Notes: generated from the sequence alone by a model not told the origin. 32,000 nt of DNA from Candidatus Brocadia sp. (GCA_021650915.1 CP091279.1:1110001-1142000), one strand, 5' to 3'. Positions 17,531 to 26,758 are shown, numbered from the stretch's first letter. Translations and numbers: made by a program.

Positions 17531-18587
17531 AAACAATCGCTTGTTTTGTTCAAAGCCATTTACGTGGTTCGAAATTACTCATTTAAATAAAATTGGAGAG
17601 GTATTTATGTGTTGTCCAGCTTGGCTGGATACATCCATAGGAAATCTACAAGATCAATCAGTTCAAGAGATATGGAATGGTAAAAAGGCACAGGAAATAC
17701 GGCGCTCGATCCTGGATGGATCATTTACCTATTGTAATCACTCCAGATGTGCTTTTCTGCAAACAGTATCTGGGCCAGTTGCAAAAGTCGAAGACGTTAA
17801 AGATGAAGATTTACATGCCGTAATAGAAAAGGAACTTACGATCTTGCCGTATGGTCCCCGGCAAATCATTTGTACCTATGACAAATCTTGTAACCTATCC
17901 TGTCCGTCCTGCCGTACAAAATTAATTATTGAACGCAGAAATAAGAAACAGATATTGAAAATTCAAGATAAAATTCAAAATGAAGCCATTCAAGATGCTT
18001 ACTATTTGCATATTACGGGTTCTGGAGACCCTTTTGGCAGTCCATTTTTTAGGAAATGGTTGCAAACGATGAAGAGAGAGGATATACCAAGGGTTAAAAT
18101 CATACATCTACAAACAAATGCCCAGTTATGGACACCAAAAATGTGGGGTACCATAGCGAAAGACATACAACACCTGATAAAAAATGCAGATATTTCAATT
18201 GATGCAGCAAATCCTGAAACATATGCAATAAATCGCAGAGGCGGGAGTTTTGAAAGACTCCTCAATAATCTCGAATTTATTAGTACGTTACGTAAGAACG
18301 GTCCCCTGGAATGGGTGGGTATAAGCATGGTCGTTCAAGAAAACAATTTTCGAGAGATGCCTGATTTTGTGCGTCTCGGTAAGCGTTTTCATTTCGATAC
18401 CGTCTATTTCAGCCAATTGGTAAATTATGGAACATACTCTGAAGAAGAATTTAGAAATCGCGCAATTCATTTTCCTACTCACTCAAGATATTCAGAGTTT
18501 CTTGGTATCCTGAAGGATGAAATCTTTCATGACCCATTAGTCCACCTAGGAAATCTAACGGAAACGATGCGCCGTAGTGATAAGTAA
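17523..18587 (+). CDS. Radical SAM enzyme with N-terminal twitch/SPASM-like cysteine motif
   Basis: CX3CX2C is present as SCNLSCPSC, followed by ITGSGDPFGSPFF (GGE-like). Upstream of the core, C-x15-G-x4-C (CSKPFTWFEITHLNKIGEVFMCC) matches the CX9-15GX4C half-motif of SPASM/twitch domains, followed by YCNHSRC. Confidence 0.8.
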   Translation: MDKNNRLFCSKPFTWFEITHLNKIGEVFMCCPAWLDTSIGNLQDQSVQEIWNGKKAQEIRRSILDGSFTYCNHSRCAFLQTVSGPVAKVEDVKDEDLHAVIEKELTILPYGPRQIICTYDKSCNLSCPSCRTKLIIERRNKKQILKIQDKIQNEAIQDAYYLHITGSGDPFGSPFFRKWLQTMKREDIPRVKIIHLQTNAQLWTPKMWGTIAKDIQHLIKNADISIDAANPETYAINRRGGSFERLLNNLEFISTLRKNGPLEWVGISMVVQENNFREMPDFVRLGKRFHFDTVYFSQLVNYGTYSEEEFRNRAIHFPTHSRYSEFLGILKDEIFHDPLVHLGNLTETMRRSDK

Positions 18588-18732
18588 TTTGATAATAGAC
18601 ATAGTCACTAATCTGATTTTTGTAAGCGTAATGGTGTATACCGTATCAATCAATAAAAACTATGTTGAGCCATAGTGTCGAGTGAGTTGAAGCGCAAAAT
18701 GGAATGAAAATGGGAAAGTATGCGAGGCTAAT

Positions 18733-20502
18733 GTGGTAACAGAAGGATACGCAACCCCAGACTGGGAAGTAGTTGATTACCAAATGTATTGTTTAGATCC
18801 GGAAGTAATTGATCGTCAAACCAATACTGGCTTACTTCTAAGAGGACCCAAACCTCAACATTTAGAAAAGGGCAAATATTTTGTATGTATTGGTGCCGCG
18901 CAAACTTTCGGACGTTTTTGTGAAAAACCATATCCAACGCTATTGCAAGAAAGACTAAATGTAGTAACATTAAACCTGGGATACGGAGGCGCTGGACCAT
19001 CCTTTTTCTCGAAAGATAACGATAGACTGCTAAAATACATAAATAATGCAAGGTTTGCTATTATACAGGTTATGTCAGGAAGATCTGAAAGCAACTCATT
19101 ATTCGAGAGTAGAGGTTTGGGATTTTATACGAGAATATCTGATGGTACTTCAATTGGATGCGATGATGCCTTTAGAGAATTGCTAAAAGAGAATGACAGA
19201 GATTACATAAAAAAAATCGTTGCGGAAACAAGGCATAATTGGGTAAATAACTATAAAGAACTCTTAGAAAAGATTACAATTCCTAAAATATTGTTTTGGT
19301 TTTCGGTAAGGAAGCCACACTACAGAGAAAAATACGATGATGTCTCTAGTTTATTTGGGGAATTTCCCCAATTAGTTAATTTCCACTTGATTAATCAAAT
19401 AAAAAAGTATTGCAATGAATATGTTGAATGTATAACCAGGCAAGGGTTGCCACACTTACTGGTGAATAGATTTACCGGTGAACCAATTACGGTAGAAGAC
19501 CCATGGGGTGGAAGCTGGAGCAAGAATTGGTACTACCCTTCACCAGGGATGCACAGAGAAGCTGCAACTGCACTTGAACAGGTATGTAAAAAATACCTAA
19601 ATCCAATTGAATTCCATCAGCAATCGAAACCGTCCTTTGTCTCGGGTAAGTGGTTGTTTAAAAAAACCATCATTGACGAAAAATACATTTACTTAAGAAA
19701 TTTATGCTGCTTTCATTTGAAAAACGTTGCTCTTGATCTGGGTATCTTAGGTGGACATACAGATTATTGCAGGTTTATTATTCTTGGAAGAGCAAGATCG
19801 GGTTCAAACTTTTTACGTGGTTTACTCAACTCGCACCAGCAAATTATTACCTTTGGGGAATTATTCAGGGCGTACGATTCCATCGGGTGGGAGTTCCCGG
19901 ATTATGATCAATATTTACAGTCTCGAAGTTTAAGGTCATTTATGCAAAATGACCCGGGCAAATTTTTGGAGGAAAGAGTATTTAAGAAGTTTCCAAAGCG
20001 AATATTGGCGGTGGGATTTAAACTATTTTATTATCATGCCCAGGATGATTCCCGTAAAATTATTTGGCCTTACTTAAAAGACCAAAAAGACATAAAAATA
20101 ATTCACCTTCAGAGGAATAACACGCTCAGGGTGCTTCTCTCTCTTAAGAAGGCATTTCAAACCGATAAATGGACTAATATTACCGGTGAAGAAGAAACGT
20201 CTTCAATTTTACTTGATTATGAAGAGTGTCTCCGAGAATTTACTTGGTCACAAGAAGTTAAAAAGCAGTATGGTGACTATTTCGAGGGTCATCACAAGAT
20301 AGATGTTTCCTATGAAAATTTAAGTAATTATTGTGAGGATGAAATAAAACGTATCCAGGCATTCTTAGGTGTTCAGTATGAAATTGTTAAACCTTCTACC
20401 TTTAAACAATCTAACCAACCTCTTTCTAAATCAATTTCAAACTATTTCGAGTTAAAGGAAAAATTTAAAGGCACTTCGTGGGAAAAATTTTTTGAAGAGT
20501 AA
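18733..20502 (+). CDS. Two-domain protein: N-terminal uncharacterised domain (possibly DUF6473-like) + C-terminal PAPS-type sulfotransferase
   Basis: The C-terminal half has FIILGRARSGSNFLRGLLN (5'-PSB-type loop) and IIHLQRNNTLRVLLSLKKA (3'-PB-type R..N......S). The N-terminal half is ..LLLRGPKPQHLEKGKYFVCIGAAQTFGRF..LNLGYGGAGPSFF..IIQVMSGRSESN... It has a GTG start; the frame opens at 18691 with no ATG. Confidence 0.7.
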   Translation: MVTEGYATPDWEVVDYQMYCLDPEVIDRQTNTGLLLRGPKPQHLEKGKYFVCIGAAQTFGRFCEKPYPTLLQERLNVVTLNLGYGGAGPSFFSKDNDRLLKYINNARFAIIQVMSGRSESNSLFESRGLGFYTRISDGTSIGCDDAFRELLKENDRDYIKKIVAETRHNWVNNYKELLEKITIPKILFWFSVRKPHYREKYDDVSSLFGEFPQLVNFHLINQIKKYCNEYVECITRQGLPHLLVNRFTGEPITVEDPWGGSWSKNWYYPSPGMHREAATALEQVCKKYLNPIEFHQQSKPSFVSGKWLFKKTIIDEKYIYLRNLCCFHLKNVALDLGILGGHTDYCRFIILGRARSGSNFLRGLLNSHQQIITFGELFRAYDSIGWEFPDYDQYLQSRSLRSFMQNDPGKFLEERVFKKFPKRILAVGFKLFYYHAQDDSRKIIWPYLKDQKDIKIIHLQRNNTLRVLLSLKKAFQTDKWTNITGEEETSSILLDYEECLREFTWSQEVKKQYGDYFEGHHKIDVSYENLSNYCEDEIKRIQAFLGVQYEIVKPSTFKQSNQPLSKSISNYFELKEKFKGTSWEKFFEE

Positions 20503-20517
20503 TAAAACGGGATTCAC

Positions 20518-23500
20518 ATGAAGGTATCTATCATTATACCAGCTTATAACGCAGCAGGAACCCTGGCTGAGACACTTGAATCCGTCCGTGCCCAGACCTT
20601 ATCAGGTTGGGAGGCAATTGTTATCGATGATGGTTCAACCGATACGACAGCAGCAATTGCCGCGAATTTTGCAGAAAAAGATCCCAGAATCCGTATCGTG
20701 AGTCAACCGAAGGGCGGGGTATCTGCCGCCAGGAACACCGGCATTGCAAAGGCCCGTTACGACTGGCTCCTCTTCCTTGATGCCGACGACTGGCTCCTGC
20801 CACTCCACCTGGAAAAAATAACGCATGTGCTTATTGCAGACGCTACTCTTGACGCCGTCCACTGTGGCTGGGCTAATATTGCACCTGATGGAACCCACTT
20901 AGATGCCGGGTTTTGCTTTCAACTGGGAGACCTCTTTGGTGAATTCGCGAATCGATGCGCTTTTCCGATACACGCTTGTGTCGTCCGTAAGTCAGTTGTT
21001 GAGTCAATCGGTGGCTATGACTCATCACTTATTACCTGTGAAGATTGGGATCTTTGGCAGCGAGTTGCGCGCACGGGCGCCCGCTTTGGCACGATTCAGG
21101 AAGTGCTTTCGCTTTATCGTACACGGCCGGGATCAGCATCAAGAAACAGTTTTCAATTACTCGCCGATGGCATTCTTGTGATTGAGAGAGGGCATGCACC
21201 GGATGCACGGGTACCAAACCCGCGTCCAGAACATGCAAATGGTCAACCGGTGGCGGAAGTTCCCGCTGCTATATTAGAGCAGCTCTGCTGGTGCGCCGGC
21301 ATCTTCCTTGGTGTTGGAAAAGATGCCAGACCTTTGCTTGGCGCAGTGAGAAACATTCGCGATGCCTTGGTCTACGGCAATGCACGCAATATCGCTGATT
21401 ATATCTTAATCTCCTTATCAATCCATGGAGGTCAGCCGCTCGCCGCATGCTACAAGATCTGGCATGGCATTGAGCAGCGTGTCGACGAGTTTCTGCTTGC
21501 CATCGAGGAACAGTCTCAGACTTTTGATTTGGCGAACCGCATTGGCACGGTTCTCAAACGTCTGATCCTGGCACCTCCTGCAACTCCACGACCGCTGACG
21601 ATTGGGAATCTGCATGCGATTCGCGTCGAGGTCACCGAGCCTATAAACGATATTGTCCCTTCCATTCAAGTCAATCGACTCATTTGCAGTATTGAGTTGG
21701 AAGGAACCCATATCGGAACTATCGAACTCCCCGTATGTGACGGCATCGTTCCTGGTCATGTACTCGCCGATGCTATCGCAGCTGACTTCTCTTGGGTAAT
21801 TTTCAAACGTTATTTTGAATGTACAGTACGCCCCAATCTCAGCATGAAACGGAATCAGCTAGGCTTTTCGATTTGGCGGAAAAACCTGTGCCTTGTCGAA
21901 GCGATTCCTGGAAACGAGCACACCGTCGAACAGCAACTCTACGAAAAGGTTGGCTGGACCGTTTTCCTGCAGGAGGTCTTTGGATGCCAGAACCTGCCGT
22001 TGGACGGTTTTTATCAGACGAAGCTGGAGATTCCTTCGATAAAGCATGGTTGGAAGTCATTGATTAAGAAGTTCTGTGCGCGTCATATGAAATCGCATGA
22101 GCGTATTTCCAAACGGAAAGTTAAACCACTGCATTCCGTACCTGGAAACTGGCTTATGGTTGAGATCGCTGAAAGGCTTTCCGATGTAGAAGTTTCTGGT
22201 AAAGAGCTCAATATTGTGTTAACGGTGGGAGGAGTTGTCCTGAATGTCATAATTATTCCTGTTATCGGGAATATCGTTCACCGGAAAGAATTACGAGTGG
22301 CAATCGCCACCACATGCGGACTTGAATTATGTCGTGCTGCGGTTCGTGAGGGTTTGCTTGGCAGACCAATCACAGATAAGCCATTATCACTCCAGAAACG
22401 TCTCGAGGCTAAGTCCCTGGTTATGCAACGTCACGGCGATAGCTCATTATTGAAGGGAGATACTGATATCGTTTTTGTGCCTGGATCTGCCCGCGCCCTT
22501 GACAATTTTTTGTCTTTCGATAATCGCAGTTTAATCCTCGGACGGCATGCATGCGGAAGGATCGGGACCAGCGCCTCACGGCGCGCTATGCTGCCGGCAG
22601 CAACTACCCCAGAACTTATCGATGCCTCTCGAGTGGCTGGTGAACCCGTAATTCAAATTCCAGCACCAGGCGAACAGCCAAGGCATGTGGCCTATGTTCC
22701 AGAACTTGTCTGGTTCCCATCTCCTGATAACCGGACATCTGTTCCAGAATCAAGAGTTTTAAAGAAGACGCATTCTGCAGCCTCTCATACCCAAAACCAG
22801 ATTATAATTACGGGGAACGTTGTTACTGATCGACTTCCGATCCTCATGTATCATCGCGTTGCGCTAACTGCCAAACCTTCGGGTGATCGCTATCGGATAA
22901 CGCCAGAGTCCTTCGAGGAACAACTCAGCTATCTGCGTAATGCCGGGTACTACAGTATCAACCTTGAAGACTGGCATAACGCTATGGAAAAGAACGAACC
23001 GCTCCCGGGCAGAGCAGTAATGATTACCTTTGATGACGGGTATCTCGATTTTCTTACCTGCGCATGGCCACTCTTGAGAAAGTATGGTTTTTTTGCTACA
23101 GTTTTTATTGTGGCAGATCTTGTCGGAAAGACAAATAAATGGGATGAAATTTATGGAGAGGAGATACCATTGATGGGATGGAAAGACATCCGGCGGCTTC
23201 AGGATGATGGGGTTCTGTTTGGCTCGCATTCGGCTAGCCACCCCTATCTCACGGTGCTTCCACCGGAACAGATCGTACGCGAAGGCGCACGGTCCAGAGC
23301 AATCCTTGGCCGTGAATTGGGGATAACGGTTCCGGCCTTTGCATATCCGTACGGAGATGTTGATCCTGTTGTTCAGCACCTTATCGGGGCGTGTGGTTAC
23401 CTCTACGGTCTGTCTTGTCGTGAGGACCTCAGCACCTACCGTGATCCTCTTTTAGCGCTGCCGCGGATTGAAGTGTCAGGCGCCGATAGTTTACAGCATT

Positions 23501-23553
23501 TTATTACAAAGCTTGGTGTTTTGCAATCTCCGGATATCAATACGACAAATTAA
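20518..23553 (+). CDS. 1011-aa fusion enzyme: GT2 glycosyltransferase - unassigned ~500-aa middle - CE4 (NodB-type) polysaccharide deacetylase
   Basis: GT2 motifs: IIIPAYNAA, IDDGSTD, ARNTG, FLDADDW, CEDWDLWQR. CE4 motifs: LPILMYHRV, ITFDDGY, FGSHSASHPYL, AFAYPYGD. No long hydrophobic stretch noticed. Confidence 0.85.
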   Translation: MKVSIIIPAYNAAGTLAETLESVRAQTLSGWEAIVIDDGSTDTTAAIAANFAEKDPRIRIVSQPKGGVSAARNTGIAKARYDWLLFLDADDWLLPLHLEKITHVLIADATLDAVHCGWANIAPDGTHLDAGFCFQLGDLFGEFANRCAFPIHACVVRKSVVESIGGYDSSLITCEDWDLWQRVARTGARFGTIQEVLSLYRTRPGSASRNSFQLLADGILVIERGHAPDARVPNPRPEHANGQPVAEVPAAILEQLCWCAGIFLGVGKDARPLLGAVRNIRDALVYGNARNIADYILISLSIHGGQPLAACYKIWHGIEQRVDEFLLAIEEQSQTFDLANRIGTVLKRLILAPPATPRPLTIGNLHAIRVEVTEPINDIVPSIQVNRLICSIELEGTHIGTIELPVCDGIVPGHVLADAIAADFSWVIFKRYFECTVRPNLSMKRNQLGFSIWRKNLCLVEAIPGNEHTVEQQLYEKVGWTVFLQEVFGCQNLPLDGFYQTKLEIPSIKHGWKSLIKKFCARHMKSHERISKRKVKPLHSVPGNWLMVEIAERLSDVEVSGKELNIVLTVGGVVLNVIIIPVIGNIVHRKELRVAIATTCGLELCRAAVREGLLGRPITDKPLSLQKRLEAKSLVMQRHGDSSLLKGDTDIVFVPGSARALDNFLSFDNRSLILGRHACGRIGTSASRRAMLPAATTPELIDASRVAGEPVIQIPAPGEQPRHVAYVPELVWFPSPDNRTSVPESRVLKKTHSAASHTQNQIIITGNVVTDRLPILMYHRVALTAKPSGDRYRITPESFEEQLSYLRNAGYYSINLEDWHNAMEKNEPLPGRAVMITFDDGYLDFLTCAWPLLRKYGFFATVFIVADLVGKTNKWDEIYGEEIPLMGWKDIRRLQDDGVLFGSHSASHPYLTVLPPEQIVREGARSRAILGRELGITVPAFAYPYGDVDPVVQHLIGACGYLYGLSCREDLSTYRDPLLALPRIEVSGADSLQHFITKLGVLQSPDINTTN

Positions 23554-23593
23554 TTTTCTGCGATATTGATCAAAATAATATCTACGGCAATGT

Positions 23594-26500
23594 ATGAATA
23601 ACCAGTTTGCATCCCCTATAAAGGTATCTGTCATCATACCTGCCCACAACGCCGCGGAAACAATCACCGAAACGCTTGAGTCCCTTCTTGCTCAAACCCA
23701 TCATGCCTGGGAAGCAATTGTCGTTGACGACGGTTCCCTTGATGAAACGAAGGCCATAGCCACAGGTTTTGCTGAAAGAGAACATCGAATTCGCGTTCTT
23801 TTTCAGGCACAGGGCGGGGTATGCGCAGCCCGGAACGCTGGCATTGCAATAGCTCGCTTTGACTGGCTGCTTTTCCTTGATGCGGATGACTGGCTTGCCC
23901 CTGCATATCTTGAGAAAATGACGACCCGTCTCATTTCAGATTCCCGCCTTGATGGTGTATACTGCATTGCGGCACGTATCTCTCCTGAAGGAAAGCTCTA
24001 TGAAGAATTTTTGCTTCCCTCTGGTGATCTGTTTCATGCATTAGCGCGTTACGCAGCATTTCCCATTCATACCTGCGTTGTCCGCCGCTCGTTAGTCGAG
24101 GCCGCCGGAGGCTTTGATACATCGCTCCTGGCATGTGAGGACTGGGATCTCTGGCAACGGATTGTCCGCACGGGCGCTCGCTTTGATGCAGTCCGTGAAG
24201 TGCTCGCATTCTACCGAATGAAACCTAGATCTGCCTCTGTCAATGCCTTCCAGATGTTCAGAGATGGTCTTCGCGTGCTCAAGCAGGGACACTCCCCTGA
24301 CGCACGTGTCAAGAACCCGCATCCAGCCTATGCAAACGGGTTGCCGTCAGATCACCTTCAAAACCAGATATTTTATTTTTTAAGCTGGTGTGCCGGCCTC
24401 TTAATCAGTTACGACAATGATGCCAGGGTACTGCTCGATTCAGTCAGGGAGTACCGTTATCCGGAACTTAATCCGCATGGCGTTGCACAAAACATTTATC
24501 GGGCGACCATTCTGCCCACGGGCCTAACCTTATCTGCCTGGGGCAAATATTGGCAAAAGGTTGAGATTCGTATTCGTGAATTTCTTCTTGCTCTTGAATT
24601 ACAAGCACAGGCTTCAGGGTTGGCTTATCGCGCCAGGACAGCTCTGGAGCGTATGATAGTGGAACACCCATCGGCTTCCCGTCCTCTGACCGTGGGAGCC
24701 ACACACGCAATCCGGATTGAGGTTACCGAGATAATTCCAGACATTTTTCTTTCAGCGAAGGTCGAGCGTCTTTATTGCACCGTCGAGTTTGATGGATCTG
24801 GCATGGGAACGATAGAACTTCCCGTTTGTGATGGACTAGTTCCCAGATCTGTTTTGTCTGATGCCATCGCAGCCGAATTTGCCTGGCCAATTCTCGGACG
24901 ATTCTTCGGGCGTACTATTTACCCTCACCTTCGCATTAAGCGTGAGCGGACAGGATTTTCTATCTGGCGAGAAGCACTGCGCCTTACGAGAACACTTTGC
25001 GAGGATGAACACGTTATCAGACAAAAGATGCATGAACAAATTGGCTGGACAGTTTTTTTGCAGGAGATCTGGGGGCAGCAGAACCAGCCGCTCGATAGTT
25101 TTTATACCGTTGGCGGTAAGGTCTCTTTGAAGAAAAATGATTGGAAGCTATCTTTCCTGAAGTATTACAGACGTTTCTTCAAAACAGGACCAGCATCATG
25201 GCGTGCATTCAACAAAGGCTGGATGATACTTGATGTCAGCGATAAGTTTCATGATATGAAAGTAGAGGGGCAGGAGATTCATGTTGTGCTTACGGTGGGT
25301 GGCGTTGTGCTTGGAACGGTTAACATCCCCGTCAAGAAGAACATCATACGTACCCGGGAACTGCGTGCAGCGCTCACGAAAGCGAGTGGCTTTGAATTAT
25401 GCCGGGCATCTGTCCGTGAGGGCTTGCTGGGTAAGTCATTGGCAGATAATATGGCATCACTTCGGGATCGCCTGTCAGCGGTAAAAAAATCACCGGTGCC
25501 GCATAAGGAATACGACTCACTTTTGAGGACGTGTCGTGATGTCGCCTTTGTGCCAGGAACAGACTTCACCCTTGATCGTGTATTGTCAGCAGGAAATTAT
25601 GGTGTACTTTTTGGGAGGCACCTATATGGCGAGATTGGAACAAGCGCCTCCCGGCGCGCAACGCTACCATCGTCAGTTATTCCTGAACTTATCGATGCTT
25701 CTTCAACAGCTGGTGAGCCGGTAATCCAAGCTTTAGCACCAGAAGAATCTTCCAAACGCGTGCTTTATGTTCCAGAACTATTCTGGTCTCCGACACGAAA
25801 TATGCAGATATCTTCTCCAGAATCACGTGAATCTGAAACGTTCCAGGCAAAGCCTTCGGCGTTTAACAGCCACGACACAGACACAACACAAGCCTTGCGG
25901 CGTTGTAGTCCTCCACACTATAGCGGTAACAAACAAAACATTACGACCCACCAGCTCCCCATCATCAGATACCATCGTGTTGCCCCAGACGGCTTGCCCT
26001 CAGCAGTTCGCTACCGGGTAACGCCTGACGCATTTGAAGAGCAAATCCGTTACCTCCATGATAATGGATACTACAGTATCCGTCTGAAAGACTGGCACAC
26101 TGCTATGGAAAAGAAGAGACCGCTTCCTGGTAAAGCAGTAATGATCACTTTTGATGACGGTTATTTCGATTTTCTCACCTATGCATGGCCCATTTTGAGA
26201 CGATATGGTTTTCACGCCACCGTCTTTCTTGTGGCGGACTATGTTGGGCGATCGGACAGTTGGGATAACGTTTATGGAGAGGAAATACCACTCCTTGGCT
26301 GGAGTGAGATCAGACAACTTCGGGATATGGGGGTTGAGTTTGGCTCCCATTCTGCTAGCCATCCTTATCTCACAGCGCTTTCACCAGAGAAGATCGTGCG
26401 TGAAGGAGCTCGCTCCAGAGCGATCCTGGGACGCGAACTTGGGATAACGATCAGGGCATTCGCATACCCCTACGGCGATGCGGATCATGTTGTTCAGCAT

Positions 26501-26665
26501 CTTATCGGAGCCTGCGGCTATGTTTATGGTTTGTCGGCCAAACAAGACCTGAGTAAGTTCCAAGATCCCCTGCTTGCGCTGCCTCGCATCGAGATTACCG
26601 GTTCCGACAAACTTCAGGACTTCATCGAAAAGCTCAACGTTCGACCCACTCAGGTTGTCAGCTAA
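23594..26665 (+). CDS. 1023-aa paralog of the preceding gene: GT2 - unassigned middle - CE4 deacetylase
   Basis: Collinear with 20518-23553 along its whole length (VIIPAHNAA, VDDGSLD, FLDADDW, CEDWDLWQR ... ITFDDGY, FGSHSASHPYL, AFAYPYGD). It starts 40 nt after the upstream stop. Confidence 0.85.
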   Translation: MNNQFASPIKVSVIIPAHNAAETITETLESLLAQTHHAWEAIVVDDGSLDETKAIATGFAEREHRIRVLFQAQGGVCAARNAGIAIARFDWLLFLDADDWLAPAYLEKMTTRLISDSRLDGVYCIAARISPEGKLYEEFLLPSGDLFHALARYAAFPIHTCVVRRSLVEAAGGFDTSLLACEDWDLWQRIVRTGARFDAVREVLAFYRMKPRSASVNAFQMFRDGLRVLKQGHSPDARVKNPHPAYANGLPSDHLQNQIFYFLSWCAGLLISYDNDARVLLDSVREYRYPELNPHGVAQNIYRATILPTGLTLSAWGKYWQKVEIRIREFLLALELQAQASGLAYRARTALERMIVEHPSASRPLTVGATHAIRIEVTEIIPDIFLSAKVERLYCTVEFDGSGMGTIELPVCDGLVPRSVLSDAIAAEFAWPILGRFFGRTIYPHLRIKRERTGFSIWREALRLTRTLCEDEHVIRQKMHEQIGWTVFLQEIWGQQNQPLDSFYTVGGKVSLKKNDWKLSFLKYYRRFFKTGPASWRAFNKGWMILDVSDKFHDMKVEGQEIHVVLTVGGVVLGTVNIPVKKNIIRTRELRAALTKASGFELCRASVREGLLGKSLADNMASLRDRLSAVKKSPVPHKEYDSLLRTCRDVAFVPGTDFTLDRVLSAGNYGVLFGRHLYGEIGTSASRRATLPSSVIPELIDASSTAGEPVIQALAPEESSKRVLYVPELFWSPTRNMQISSPESRESETFQAKPSAFNSHDTDTTQALRRCSPPHYSGNKQNITTHQLPIIRYHRVAPDGLPSAVRYRVTPDAFEEQIRYLHDNGYYSIRLKDWHTAMEKKRPLPGKAVMITFDDGYFDFLTYAWPILRRYGFHATVFLVADYVGRSDSWDNVYGEEIPLLGWSEIRQLRDMGVEFGSHSASHPYLTALSPEKIVREGARSRAILGRELGITIRAFAYPYGDADHVVQHLIGACGYVYGLSAKQDLSKFQDPLLALPRIEITGSDKLQDFIEKLNVRPTQVVS

Positions 26666-26758
26666 AAGCATGTGATGAAAATTATTATCAACTTTATTTA
26701 CAAATTGTCGTAATATAAAGCCTAATGATTGGAAATCAACAAGGATGATTCAGGGATA

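Noticed and set aside
17523-18587. Radical-SAM gene as an anaerobic sulfatase-maturating enzyme (because of the neighbouring sulfotransferase)
   Set aside because: There is no sulfatase gene in the window. Only a partial (twitch-like) Cys motif is present rather than the full 7-Cys SPASM, and it is at the wrong end of the protein.
22864-26362. Apparently conserved antisense ORFs (22864-23379 and 26000-26362) opposite both CE4 domains
   Set aside because: Their similarity to each other is the automatic consequence of the sense-strand paralogy. They have no independent start signals.
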